64,000 bases of DNA from Alphaproteobacteria bacterium (GCA_045614025.1 JAZLCE010000013.1:40272-104271); one strand, 5' to 3'. Counted from the first letter of the stretch, positions 37,238 through 46,385 are shown. Program-made: numbers and translations. Notes: generated by a model from the sequence alone, not told the origin.

Positions 37238-39151
37238 CTAAATCGTCACAGCACAACATTCCTCTGCTGGCGTTGATGTTTCAGGAGGTATTGTTGTTGA
37301 TGTTTCAGGTGGCGTTGATGAATGCCCACAAGCGATTGCAGCTGCTTTACAAGATTCATGGTTAGGATCTTCTTGAGCATCACACATCTGTTGCATACAA
37401 TCACATTCATTTGAACAAGACGTTATCAATGGTGTTGTTGTGCTTACAGGCGTTGTTGTATAAGTTGAAGACGTTGTTGGCTCTGTTGATGATGAAGGAG
37501 CCGGAACATCTGTTGTTGCCGTTGTTTCTTTTGGCGTTGTCGTACTGCCCTTTGGTGTTGTAGATGGCGCAGATGATGTTGTTGGCTCTGTTGACATTGA
37601 AGGAGCTGGAACATCTGTTGTTGCCGTTGTTTCTTTTGGCGTTGTCGTACTACCTTTTGGCGTTGATGATGGCACTGATGAAGTTGTTATCGTGCCACCT
37701 TTTGGCGTTGTTGACGGCACTGATGAAGTTGTCATCGTGCTACCTTTTGGCGTTGTTGATGGCACTGATGAAGTTGTCATCGTGCTACCTTTTGGCGTTG
37801 TAGATGGCACTGATGAAGTTGTCATCGTGCTACCTTTTGGCGTTGTAGATGGCGCAGATGACGTTGTTGGTTCAGTTGACGTTGAAGCAGCAGGAACTCC
37901 CGTTGTTACCGAAGTTTCTTTTGGCATTGTCGTACTGCCCATTGGCGTTGTTGATGGCACTGATGAAGTTGTCATCGTGCTACCTTTTGGCGTTGTCGAT
38001 GGCGCAGATGATGTTGTTGGCTCAGTTGACGTTGAAGCAGCAGGAACTCCCGTTGTTACCGTTGTTCCAACTGTTGATGACTCTGCTGGAAGTATCACTG
38101 ACGTTGTTACCGGCGTTGATGACGTTGTTGGTTCAGTTGAAGTACTGAAGAAACTTGTCAACGTTGTGATAAGTGACGTCATCGTACTTTCTTTTGGTGT
38201 TGACGTACTTGCAGGTGTCGTTGACGGTGCTGAAGACGTTTCCGGAGTTGACGTACTTGCAGGCGTTGTTGATGGCGCTGAAGATGTTTCTGGTGTTGAT
38301 GAACTGAAGAAACTTGTTAACGTTGTGATAAACGATGTTGATGTACTGGCCGGAGTTGATGATGGCACAGAAGATGTTTCTGGTGTAGATGTGCTTTCAG
38401 GCGTTGTTGATGGCGCTGAAGATGTCGTTGCAGCCGTTGACGTACTTGCAGGTGTCGTTGACGGAGCTGAAGATGTCGTTGCAGCCGTTGACGTACTTGC
38501 AGGTGTAGTCGATGGAGCTGAAGATGTCTCTGGTGTAGACGTACTTGCAGGCGTTGTTGACGGTGCTGAAGATGTTTCTGGTGTTGACGTATTTGCAGGT
38601 GTTGTTGACGGTACTGAAGATGTCTCTGGTGTAGATGTGCTTGCAGGCGTTGTTGACAGTGCTGAAGATGTCTCTGGTGTTGACGTATTTGCAGGCGTTG
38701 TTGACGGTGCTGAAGACGTCGTTACAGCCGTTGACGTGCTACCTTTTGGTGTTGTTGTTGGAGCTAATGTTGCGGTTGGAGTCAAAGAAGTTGTTTCACT
38801 ACCAAACAAACCTGAAATTGTTGAAACAATAGATGCCATTAAACTTGTATTTGAAGTAGTTGTAAAACCAGTTGCATCACTGGATGTTTCTGTTCCTGAC
38901 ACGTTTAAAGACGATACATTCGAAGTTGCACCATTTGTTGTTACCGTTGTTTTTTTAGTTGTTGTCGTTGTATTTGCCGCCCCATTGTTACCACCAGGAA
39001 TATTAACAACAACAGCTTTATTCACTCCATCACTATCTTTTCCAACCGCAACAACAGCATTTGCAGAAATATCTGCCACCATTAATGCGCATACAGCAAC
39101 ACCAACAAACAACGTCCATTTACTCATAGAACCTCCGGAAAATTTACTCAT
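37238..39151 (-). CDS. mucin-like Ser/Thr/Pro-rich tandem-repeat surface/secreted protein with Cys-rich C-terminus
   Basis: The ATG at 39151 follows GGGGGA. The ATG at 39127 follows GGAGG and gives 'MSKWTLFVGVAVCALMVADISANA' as the signal peptide. About 500 aa of S/T/P/A repeats follow. The C-terminus 'CSNECDCMQQMCDAQEDPNHESCKAAAIACGH....EECCAVTI' has 10 Cys. A terminator lies downstream on this strand. Confidence 0.75.
   Translation of the reverse strand: MSKFSGGSMSKWTLFVGVAVCALMVADISANAVVAVGKDSDGVNKAVVVNIPGGNNGAANTTTTTKKTTVTTNGATSNVSSLNVSGTETSSDATGFTTTSNTSLMASIVSTISGLFGSETTSLTPTATLAPTTTPKGSTSTAVTTSSAPSTTPANTSTPETSSALSTTPASTSTPETSSVPSTTPANTSTPETSSAPSTTPASTSTPETSSAPSTTPASTSTAATTSSAPSTTPASTSTAATTSSAPSTTPESTSTPETSSVPSSTPASTSTSFITTLTSFFSSSTPETSSAPSTTPASTSTPETSSAPSTTPASTSTPKESTMTSLITTLTSFFSTSTEPTTSSTPVTTSVILPAESSTVGTTVTTGVPAASTSTEPTTSSAPSTTPKGSTMTTSSVPSTTPMGSTTMPKETSVTTGVPAASTSTEPTTSSAPSTTPKGSTMTTSSVPSTTPKGSTMTTSSVPSTTPKGSTMTTSSVPSTTPKGGTITTSSVPSSTPKGSTTTPKETTATTDVPAPSMSTEPTTSSAPSTTPKGSTTTPKETTATTDVPAPSSSTEPTTSSTYTTTPVSTTTPLITSCSNECDCMQQMCDAQEDPNHESCKAAAIACGHSSTPPETSTTIPPETSTPAEECCAVTI
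37651..37850 (-). repeat. about 4.4 x 45-bp tandem repeat (encodes KGSTMTTSSVPSTTP)
   Basis: The plus-strand unit 'taccttttggcgttg.tga.ggcactgatgaagttgt.atcgtgc' recurs at 37651, 37696, 37741, 37786 and 37831. A further diverged copy lies near 37940-38000. Confidence 0.85.
38201..38740 (-). repeat. about 10 x 48-bp tandem repeat (encodes STPETSSAPSTTPAST variants), interrupted once
   Basis: Units 'tgacgtacttgcagg.gt.gttga.gg.gctgaaga.gt.tc.gg.gt' have a 48-bp period, for example at 38201 and 38249. The interruption near 38297-38337 encodes the hydrophobic 'SFITTLTSFF' motif. Confidence 0.85.
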
Positions 39152-39301
39152 TTTATATCCCCCATCCAACATTTAAATGTTAACACACCCCAAACTCATG
39201 TATAAGGCCTTTTCTTTTATTTTATCATACATTTTTTTTGCTTGTCAATCACAAATATCTTATTTTTTTCAAATTAATCAATTAATTTTAATTTTTAAGC
39301 A

Positions 39302-41641
39302 TCAAGAATTAATTTCTTCTAAAAAAACGGCTTTAATTTTCTTTCTTGCACCCGAGTCAAAGCTTACCTCTAAAGCATCTCCAATATCCTTTAAAACCGT
39401 TCCATCACCAAACAATTCATGATGCACACGCTTACCTATGCGTTTAGAAGATTGAGGCTTTTGTTTTGATGTAAAATTCAAAGAATTAAATGAAAATTCA
39501 TTATCAATATCAAAATTTAAACTTTCTCGTTCCCATTTACTTTTATTTCTTTGATCATAACCATCAATTTTAGATTTGGAATAACCCAAATTATAATTTT
39601 CTTCTTGAGAAAAATATGTATCTGACCATGCAGGCTGAACAAAATCCCTTCGCCCTTGCTTATTAATTGGATCAAAAACTTGAATATGATCTTCTGGCAA
39701 TTCATCAATAAATCTTGATGGCAAAGAGTTTTGGGTTTGCCCATAAATCCGTCGATTAAACGCATGCGAAATCAAGGCGCGCTCTCTTGCCCTTGTTATT
39801 CCCACATATGCCAATCGCCGCTCTTCTTCTAAGCCAGATTCCCCCGCCTCATCTAATGCTTTTTGATGTGGGAATAACCCCTCTTCCCAACCAGGCAAAT
39901 AAACTTGTTTAAACTCCAATCCTTTAGATGCATGAAGCGTCATCACAACCAATTGATCGGAACTAACTTGTTCATCCGTATCTGTTACCAACGAGGCATA
40001 TTCAATAAATTCATCTATGGATTTAAAATCATCTAAAACAGAATAAAGCTCCATCACGTTTTCAACACGCCCCTGTGCCTCAACAGATTTATCTTGTCGC
40101 CACATTTGAAGATACCCTGATTCTTGCATAATAAATCGGGCAACCTCAGCAGGATAAGCACTTAAACTTTTTTCTTTTGCAGCTTTGATTAATGATATAA
40201 AACTTTCAAGTGTTTTTCTTAAAAGAGGTTTTAATGGAGCCCATGAAATTGCATCAAAAAGAGAAATATGTTTTTCCTTTGCTGTTTGACTTAAAACATC
40301 TAAAGCCGCAGGACCAACCCCTCTTTTAGGTTTATTTACAATTCGTAAAAATGCTAAATCATCATTTGAGTTTAACACCAATCTCAAATAAGCAACAGCA
40401 TCTTTAATTTCTTCACGCTCATAAAACTTAAACCCCCCAATGATTTTATAAGGAATTCCTGTTCGCATCAAAACTTCTTCAAATTGACGCGTTTGAAATG
40501 TTGCGCGCACCAAAATCGCCATATCACTTAAAGCAACACCCTTTTGTTGCTCTTTCAAAATTTCTGTTACCACCGATTCTGCTTCTTGAGAACCCGACCA
40601 AAAACCTGTCACACGAACTTTTTCACCCGCGCCTTGCAATTCATCTGCCGGTTTTAAAGTTTTTCCAAGTCTGCCTTGATTACAAGAAATTAATCCAGAA
40701 GCTGCACCTAAAATATGCGCCGTTGAACGATAATTGCGTTCAAGTCTTATCACAAGCGCATTTGGAAAAATCTTTTGAAACGATAAAATATTTTCAACCT
40801 CAGCACCACGCCACGAATAAATTGATTGATCATCATCCCCAACACAACAAATATTTCCATGTCCTTTAGCTAACATTCGAAGCAACAAATATTGCGCCAC
40901 ATTTGTATCTTGATATTCATCAACCAAAATATAATGAAATTGTTTTTGATATTCTTCTAAAACATCAGGATTTGATTGAAAAAGAGCCAAGGGCAACAAC
41001 AATAAATCTCCAAAATCAACAGCATTTAATTCTTTCAACCTACGCTGATATTTTTCATAAAAAAACAAAGCACGTCCTTCACAAAAAGCCGTATTATGAG
41101 CCGCTGTAACACCACTTGGTAAAAGACCTTTATCTTTCCATCTTTGAATCACTTCCAATAATGCAGCTGGCGTATATTTTTTAATATCAACACCCGCCTC
41201 TTGCATCATTTGTTTTAATAATCTTTCTTGGTCATCTGGATCCAAAACAATAAAGTTTTTTTCTAACCCCAACAAAGCACCATGTTTTCTTAAAATCCGA
41301 ATACCAATTGAATGGAAAGTTCCCAACCAAACAGAAAACGCATCGCCCCCAATCATTCTTTCCAAGCGCTCTTTCATTTCTTTTGAAGCTTTATTGGTAA
41401 AAGTCACAGCCAAAATTTGCCATGGACGCGCTTTTTGTTCATGCAAAATATATGCTATTCTTGTTGTTAAAACTTTCGTTTTTCCCGTTCCAGCCCCAGA
41501 TAAAACAAGAACTGGCCCCTCCGTTGTTTCAACAGCCTGCCTTTGCTCTTTATTTAGCTCATCTAAAAATTTCGGAGCCGAATGAAAAACAGCTCCATTT
41601 TCGAAATCAGGTTCTTCAATATCAAATAAATCCATCATCAA
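39302..41641 (-). CDS. uvrD: ATP-dependent DNA helicase UvrD/PcrA family
   Basis: 779 aa with 'GAGTGKTKVLTTRIAY', 'VDEYQDTN', 'TLHASKGLEF' and 'YVGITRA', plus a C-terminal Tudor-like 'GKRVHHELFGDGTVL'. Confidence 0.95.
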   Translation of the reverse strand: MMMDLFDIEEPDFENGAVFHSAPKFLDELNKEQRQAVETTEGPVLVLSGAGTGKTKVLTTRIAYILHEQKARPWQILAVTFTNKASKEMKERLERMIGGDAFSVWLGTFHSIGIRILRKHGALLGLEKNFIVLDPDDQERLLKQMMQEAGVDIKKYTPAALLEVIQRWKDKGLLPSGVTAAHNTAFCEGRALFFYEKYQRRLKELNAVDFGDLLLLPLALFQSNPDVLEEYQKQFHYILVDEYQDTNVAQYLLLRMLAKGHGNICCVGDDDQSIYSWRGAEVENILSFQKIFPNALVIRLERNYRSTAHILGAASGLISCNQGRLGKTLKPADELQGAGEKVRVTGFWSGSQEAESVVTEILKEQQKGVALSDMAILVRATFQTRQFEEVLMRTGIPYKIIGGFKFYEREEIKDAVAYLRLVLNSNDDLAFLRIVNKPKRGVGPAALDVLSQTAKEKHISLFDAISWAPLKPLLRKTLESFISLIKAAKEKSLSAYPAEVARFIMQESGYLQMWRQDKSVEAQGRVENVMELYSVLDDFKSIDEFIEYASLVTDTDEQVSSDQLVVMTLHASKGLEFKQVYLPGWEEGLFPHQKALDEAGESGLEEERRLAYVGITRARERALISHAFNRRIYGQTQNSLPSRFIDELPEDHIQVFDPINKQGRRDFVQPAWSDTYFSQEENYNLGYSKSKIDGYDQRNKSKWERESLNFDIDNEFSFNSLNFTSKQKPQSSKRIGKRVHHELFGDGTVLKDIGDALEVSFDSGARKKIKAVFLEEINS

Positions 41642-41720
41642 CTCTATCGTTATATACCATTTTTGTTCTTCTTAAAAAGAGAATGCCTCTTTTAATGTAA
41701 ATTGTCAAGAATTCTTTAAT

Positions 41721-41756
41721 AAAAAAGAGCTTTTGCCCTCGCAAAAACTCTTTTTT
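41721..41756 (-). terminator. terminator after ptsN
   Basis: 16-bp stem AAAAAAGAGCTTTTGC / GCAAAAACTCTTTTTT with one mismatch and loop CCTC. The U-run forms part of the 3' arm. Confidence 0.65.
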
Positions 41757-41777
41757 ATTTTAAATTGATTAAAATTT

Positions 41778-42233
41778 TTACAACGTATCGTTTTCACAAA
41801 TAATTTGATAAATTTCATCAATATTAGATGCTTTTCGAAGAGCTGTTGTGATCGTTTCATCACGCAACAATTTTGATAAACAAGACAAAGCTTTCAAATG
41901 GTCAGCCCCAGATTCCTCTGGCACCAACAAAAGAAAAACAAGGTCAACTAATTTACCATCAACTGCTTCAAAATCAACAGGATTTGTTCTCACAAACGCG
42001 CAAAAGATTTTTTCAAGCCCTAATAATCTGGTATGCGGCAAAGCAACACCATGCCCCACACCCGTTGAGCCCAAACGTTCTCTTTCAACTAACGCTTCAA
42101 GAATAACCCGTGGATCAAGATTTGTTTCTTTCGAAGCCAAATCTGCCAACTCTTCAAGCAAATTTTTCTTACTGTCTGCAGTTAAGTCTGCGATCACACT
42201 TTCTTTAGACAGAATATCTGTAATTTTCATCAT
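41778..42233 (-). CDS. ptsN: PTS IIA-like nitrogen regulatory protein PtsN
   Basis: 151 aa with 'RERLGSTGVGHGVALPHTR', containing the phospho-His motif. Lies directly downstream of hpf. Confidence 0.9.
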   Translation of the reverse strand: MMKITDILSKESVIADLTADSKKNLLEELADLASKETNLDPRVILEALVERERLGSTGVGHGVALPHTRLLGLEKIFCAFVRTNPVDFEAVDGKLVDLVFLLLVPEESGADHLKALSCLSKLLRDETITTALRKASNIDEIYQIICENDTL

Positions 42234-42244
42234 AAATCCTATTT

Positions 42245-42784
42245 TTATTTCGGATCAACCCAACCGATATTACCATCTGAACGACGATAAACCATGTTTA
42301 ATCCGCCATGTGCTGTGTTTTTAAACAATAAAGCAGGCAAATTTTCCAAATCCATACGCATAACAGCTTCACTCACTGTACAAACTGGAATTTCAGTTTG
42401 CATTTCAGCAATAATTACAGGAGCATCAACTGCTTCATCAGATTCAGCAACAGCTTCAATAACTGACATATCTGCCATTTCAACAACATTTTTATGTTCA
42501 ACCAATTTGTGTTTATATTTACGCAATTGGCGAGACAATCTTGAAACAGCGCCATCAAGAGAAGCATAAGCATCTGCTGATGTTGCAGAAGAACGAATAA
42601 CAGCACCTGTTTTTGGATGAACTGTTAATTCTGTTTTAATTTCGCTTCCATCTCTTGTTACACGAATATCAGCGCTAACAGCTTCTTCAAAATATTTTGA
42701 AACAGATGCATCAATTGCGCCTTCAGCATAAACTCTGAAATTATCACCTAAATTAATTTGTTGTCCGGAAATTAATATTTGCAT
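42245..42784 (-). CDS. hpf: ribosome hibernation promoting factor (long HPF)
   Basis: 179 aa with 'MQILISGQQINLGDNFRVYAE...ADAYASLDGAVSRLSRQLRKYK' and a C-terminal dimerisation domain '..GLNMVYRRSDGNIGWVDP'. Confidence 0.9.
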   Translation of the reverse strand: MQILISGQQINLGDNFRVYAEGAIDASVSKYFEEAVSADIRVTRDGSEIKTELTVHPKTGAVIRSSATSADAYASLDGAVSRLSRQLRKYKHKLVEHKNVVEMADMSVIEAVAESDEAVDAPVIIAEMQTEIPVCTVSEAVMRMDLENLPALLFKNTAHGGLNMVYRRSDGNIGWVDPK

Positions 42785-42862
42785 TGTCTTTTCTTTCCTG
42801 TTAATAATTAAACCTATACGAGTTTCACATTATCGCTTTTTCAAGAAAATGTCAAGAAGAGA

Positions 42863-43951
42863 ATGACACAACCTAAAAAAGAACCTTTTGGATTATATAT
42901 ACACTGGCCTTACTGTTTAAGTAAGTGTCCTTATTGTGACTTTGCAAGCAGCGTTTCAAAAAAAATAGATGAAGAGATGCTTTTAAAAGGATATCTTAGA
43001 GACCTTATTGTTTTTAAAGAAAAATTTAATATTCAAAAAGAAATTACCTCTATTTTTTTTGGTGGAGGAACGCCCTCTTTAATGAGCGAAAAATTATTTG
43101 ACACTTTAATAAATGAAATCGCAAAAAAATTTAAACTATCTAACGATATTGAAATTTCTTTAGAGGCAAATCCAGATGCAATTACAAAAGAAAAAATGAA
43201 AAATTTTTCAACTTCTGGATTAAATCGACTTTCTCTAGGCGTTCAATCTCTAAATGAAAAAGATTTACTTTTTTTAGGAAGAAAACATTCTTTAAAAACC
43301 GCACTTCAACGCATTGATGAGGCAAAAAACATTTTTAAACGCATTAATATTGATTTAATCTATGCAAGACCTCGTCAAGCCTTAAAATCTTGGGAAAAAG
43401 AATTAACAAACGCACTATCTCTCGGTTTAAAACATTATTCTTTATATCAGCTCACATTAGAAGAAGGAACGGTATTTTATAAAAAAAATATACCTCAAAT
43501 TTCAGAAACCCAGGCCGCTCGATTATATTGTTTAACACAAGAAATTATGCAAAACGCTGGGTTATCCGCCTATGAAATTTCAAATCATGCCGCAAAAAAT
43601 GAAGAATGCAAACATAATCTTCTTTATTGGGAAGGCAATGATTATATGGGAATTGGGCCTGCTGCACATGGCCGAATGAATCTTATTGCCACTCAAAATT
43701 ACAAAAATCCTCTTCAGTGGCTTTCTAACGGATTAATATTCACAAAACTCACCTCAAAGGAACGCGAAGAAGAAAAACTTTTAATGGGACTAAGATTGAT
43801 TAACAAAGGTTATCCTATAACAAACATTAATCCTGAAAAAATAAAAATCGCATTGCAAAACAACTGGATTATTCTTCAAAAGGATAAAATATATACAACG
43901 CTTAAAGGACGCCTTTTGCTAAATAAACTTATTTTATTATTATCCGATTAA
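42863..43951 (+). CDS. hemW: radical SAM heme chaperone HemW (HemN-like)
   Basis: 362 aa with 'YIHWPYCLSKCPYCDF', 'FFGGGTPS' and a C-terminal HemN_C-like region. Confidence 0.9.
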   Translation: MTQPKKEPFGLYIHWPYCLSKCPYCDFASSVSKKIDEEMLLKGYLRDLIVFKEKFNIQKEITSIFFGGGTPSLMSEKLFDTLINEIAKKFKLSNDIEISLEANPDAITKEKMKNFSTSGLNRLSLGVQSLNEKDLLFLGRKHSLKTALQRIDEAKNIFKRINIDLIYARPRQALKSWEKELTNALSLGLKHYSLYQLTLEEGTVFYKKNIPQISETQAARLYCLTQEIMQNAGLSAYEISNHAAKNEECKHNLLYWEGNDYMGIGPAAHGRMNLIATQNYKNPLQWLSNGLIFTKLTSKEREEEKLLMGLRLINKGYPITNINPEKIKIALQNNWIILQKDKIYTTLKGRLLLNKLILLLSD

Positions 43952-45126
43952 AAAGAGCTATCTGCTGGCGAAACCTTTATAATATAGTTCTTTCCACGAA
44001 TTTGAAACATTTCAAGTAAGCGATCGTTTGTTCCATCTTTATTAAATCTAAATCGACCATTTAAACCAACAAAACCATCTTCACTTAACAATGCTTTTTT
44101 ATTTAACATATCTTTTTGAGATAAATGGCTAATCAATGAAATACCATCATATCCTAAAGCAGAAACAGAAATTGGCTTGGTAAAAAATGCTTCTTGGTAA
44201 TTCTTTTGATAAATATTTAAATGATTTTGAGGTAAATCTGCAAAATAAGCACCAGCAAGCTCTCTTGAACCTTGTCCACGCAATGTTGCCAATCCATAAA
44301 ACGCCACCAAATTGGGTGTTACATCATAATAAGAAAGAAGAGAAATTAATTGTTGCAATTTCACTCCTTGTTCAAAAACAAATAATGCATCAAATTCAAT
44401 TCGATCAGCCGTTGGATTTTGAGCTAATTCTTTTTCTTCTTCTGTCAATTCTTTATCTTTTAAATCAATAAGTGGTGGTGCAATTTTTTGAACAGCAGCC
44501 ATCAAATCTGGATTTTGCGAATCATATAAAGAAATATGTGATAATTGCATGCCCGGACAATAAGTTATCGCTTCTTCAAATGATTTTAAAACCATTGCTC
44601 CTGTTTTATCATTTGGCCCTAACAAAGCTATACGGAATTGACCTTTTTCACAAGCAAATTTAACGATTCTTTTAATCTGTTCTTCAATTAAGAGTGCCAT
44701 TGAATAAACATTATTCCCCAAAGCGGATGTATCAGATGTAAAAGAAAGAACAGGAATATCTGGATCTAAATTTTTAATAGCGGTAACACTGCTTGAAAAA
44801 ACAGGGCCCAAAATAATATCCGCATCATTTTTTTTGGCTTTTAAATAAGCTTCTTCTGCCCCTTGAGGCGTTCCTTTTGTATCATAAAAATCAACCTCTG
44901 TTACTTCATCAGTTGATCGATCTAACTGCGCCATTAAAATAGCATTACGAAAAGCATCTCCAAGTGCTGCAGAATCTCCTGATAGAGGTAAAAACACAGC
45001 TGTTTTTGTTTTTTCTTTTTGCACTTCATCAAACATACCCTCATCAAATGGGCTTGTTTTTTTTGTTTTCAAAGCGCATCCTGCTAAAGCAAGAGATAAT
45101 GTTACCATAAGTATTTTTTTTAACAT
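43948..45126 (-). CDS. lpoA: periplasmic-binding-fold lipoprotein, LpoA (PBP activator)-like
   Basis: 392 aa with lipobox 'LALAGC' and a type-I periplasmic-binding-protein-like pattern. Divergent from rsmI-yraN-BON, mirroring the E. coli yraL/yraM/yraN/yraP neighbourhood. Confidence 0.6.
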   Translation of the reverse strand: MLKKILMVTLSLALAGCALKTKKTSPFDEGMFDEVQKEKTKTAVFLPLSGDSAALGDAFRNAILMAQLDRSTDEVTEVDFYDTKGTPQGAEEAYLKAKKNDADIILGPVFSSSVTAIKNLDPDIPVLSFTSDTSALGNNVYSMALLIEEQIKRIVKFACEKGQFRIALLGPNDKTGAMVLKSFEEAITYCPGMQLSHISLYDSQNPDLMAAVQKIAPPLIDLKDKELTEEEKELAQNPTADRIEFDALFVFEQGVKLQQLISLLSYYDVTPNLVAFYGLATLRGQGSRELAGAYFADLPQNHLNIYQKNYQEAFFTKPISVSALGYDGISLISHLSQKDMLNKKALLSEDGFVGLNGRFRFNKDGTNDRLLEMFQIRGKNYIIKVSPADSSF

Positions 45127-45208
45127 AAAATTATTTCCTTTTCTTCTTTCTTTTTATTTGGTATACTGAAAATATTAAAAATTTTCAAGTATTATTAATG
45201 AGGTTCTT

Positions 45209-46036
45209 ATGCTTATTTTGGTATCCACTCCAATCGGTAATTTGTCTGACATTTCAAAAAGAGCGATTGAAACTTTAAACAACGCAGATATTATTGCGTG
45301 TGAAGATACAAGAACAAGCGCCTCTTTATTTTCACTTGTTGGTATAAAAGCAAAAAAACTTATTCCTTATCACGAACATAATGCTGATGAAATTCGACCA
45401 AAAATTATATCATATTTAGAAAAAGGACTTCTTGTTGCTCTTGTAAGTGATGCAGGCACTCCTCTTATTTCCGATCCAGGATATCGACTTGTTAGAGAGT
45501 GCCGCCAAAAAGGTTTAGAAGTTTCAACAGTGCCAGGTGCTAATGCCGTTTTATCAGCTTTGCAACTTTCGGGTCTTCCTTCAGATGCCTTTTTGTTTGC
45601 TGGATTTTTACCACATAAACAAAGCGCCAGAAAAAATCATTTATCCACCTTTAAATCGGTTCCTGCAACACTTATTTTTTATGAAACAGCGAATCGACTT
45701 ATTGATTCTTTAAAAGATATTTTAGATATTTTAGGAAACAGAGAAATGTCTGTTGTTCGGGAAATTACTAAAAAATTTGAGGAGACAAAATCTGGTTTTG
45801 TTTCGGATCTTATTGCATATTATGAGGAAAATGATCAGCCTAAAGGCGAAATCGTTTTAGTAATCGATAGAAAAAGCGAAAATATTGAAGAAATTAACAT
45901 TGAGGATCTTATTCTAAAAACATTAGAAACTTCTTCTGTTAAGGACACGGCTGAAATTGTTTCAAAAATTAGTGGATATCCCAAAAAAGAAATTTATAAG
46001 AAAGCACTGGATCTTAAAAATGGCAAAAAAGTTTAA
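45209..46036 (+). CDS. rsmI: 16S rRNA (cytidine1402-2'-O)-methyltransferase RsmI
   Basis: 275 aa with 'TPIGNLSDISKRAIETLNNADIIACEDTR' and 'SDAGTPLISDPG'. Confidence 0.95.
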   Translation: MLILVSTPIGNLSDISKRAIETLNNADIIACEDTRTSASLFSLVGIKAKKLIPYHEHNADEIRPKIISYLEKGLLVALVSDAGTPLISDPGYRLVRECRQKGLEVSTVPGANAVLSALQLSGLPSDAFLFAGFLPHKQSARKNHLSTFKSVPATLIFYETANRLIDSLKDILDILGNREMSVVREITKKFEETKSGFVSDLIAYYEENDQPKGEIVLVIDRKSENIEEINIEDLILKTLETSSVKDTAEIVSKISGYPKKEIYKKALDLKNGKKV

Positions 46037-46385
46037 AAACACACATATAAGCGAAAGTATTGCTCTTTTTTATTTGAGATGCAAAGGATATCGATTGCTC
46101 AAAAAAAATTTCACCGTTAAAAACGGCACTGGAGCTGGCGAAATTGATTTAATAATGAAAAAGGGGAAAACACTTGTTTTTGTTGAAGTAAAAAAACGAA
46201 AAACATATTTAAAAGCTGCAGAAGCAATTGACATGAATAATCAACTTCGTGTTGTTAAATCTTCTGCTGTTTTTTTAAAAAAATATCCAAATTTTCAAAA
46301 TTTAAATATTCGATATGATGCCATTTTATTTAAAGATAAAAGCTGTTGGCCAAAACATTTAAAAGATGCTTGGAGAGTTTTATGA
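46020..46385 (+). CDS. yraN: YraN-family (UPF0102) endonuclease-like protein
   Basis: The likely start is the ATG at 46020 ('MAKKFKN..', 121 aa) rather than the ORF-track start at 45957 inside rsmI. 'GEIDLIMKKGKTLVFVEVKKR' is the YraN core. Confidence 0.85.
   Translation: MAKKFKNTHISESIALFYLRCKGYRLLKKNFTVKNGTGAGEIDLIMKKGKTLVFVEVKKRKTYLKAAEAIDMNNQLRVVKSSAVFLKKYPNFQNLNIRYDAILFKDKSCWPKHLKDAWRVL

Noticed and set aside
37490-38745. Regularly spaced near-identical repeats that could superficially suggest a CRISPR array
   Set aside because: The units are contiguous with no unique spacers, have periods of 45 and 48 bp, lie in frame inside a long ORF and lack a palindromic repeat core. No cas genes are present in the window.
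37692-39176. 494-aa plus-strand ORF (Val/Asp/Gly-rich, 'PFGVVDGTDEVVIV' repeats), plus several shorter plus-strand ORFs over the same region
   Set aside because: It is the antisense shadow of the Ser/Thr/Pro repeat gene, where the repeats keep both strands open. Only the minus-strand ORF has an SD, a signal peptide, a non-repetitive Cys-rich end and a downstream terminator, and it matches the orientation of its neighbours.
45957-46385. The long versions of the yraN ORF (start 45957) and the BON ORF (start 46346) given in the ORF track
   Set aside because: The upstream extensions overlap the preceding genes and add non-conserved residues. The internal ATGs at 46020 and 46382 give the canonical YraN length and a proper lipoprotein signal peptide respectively.
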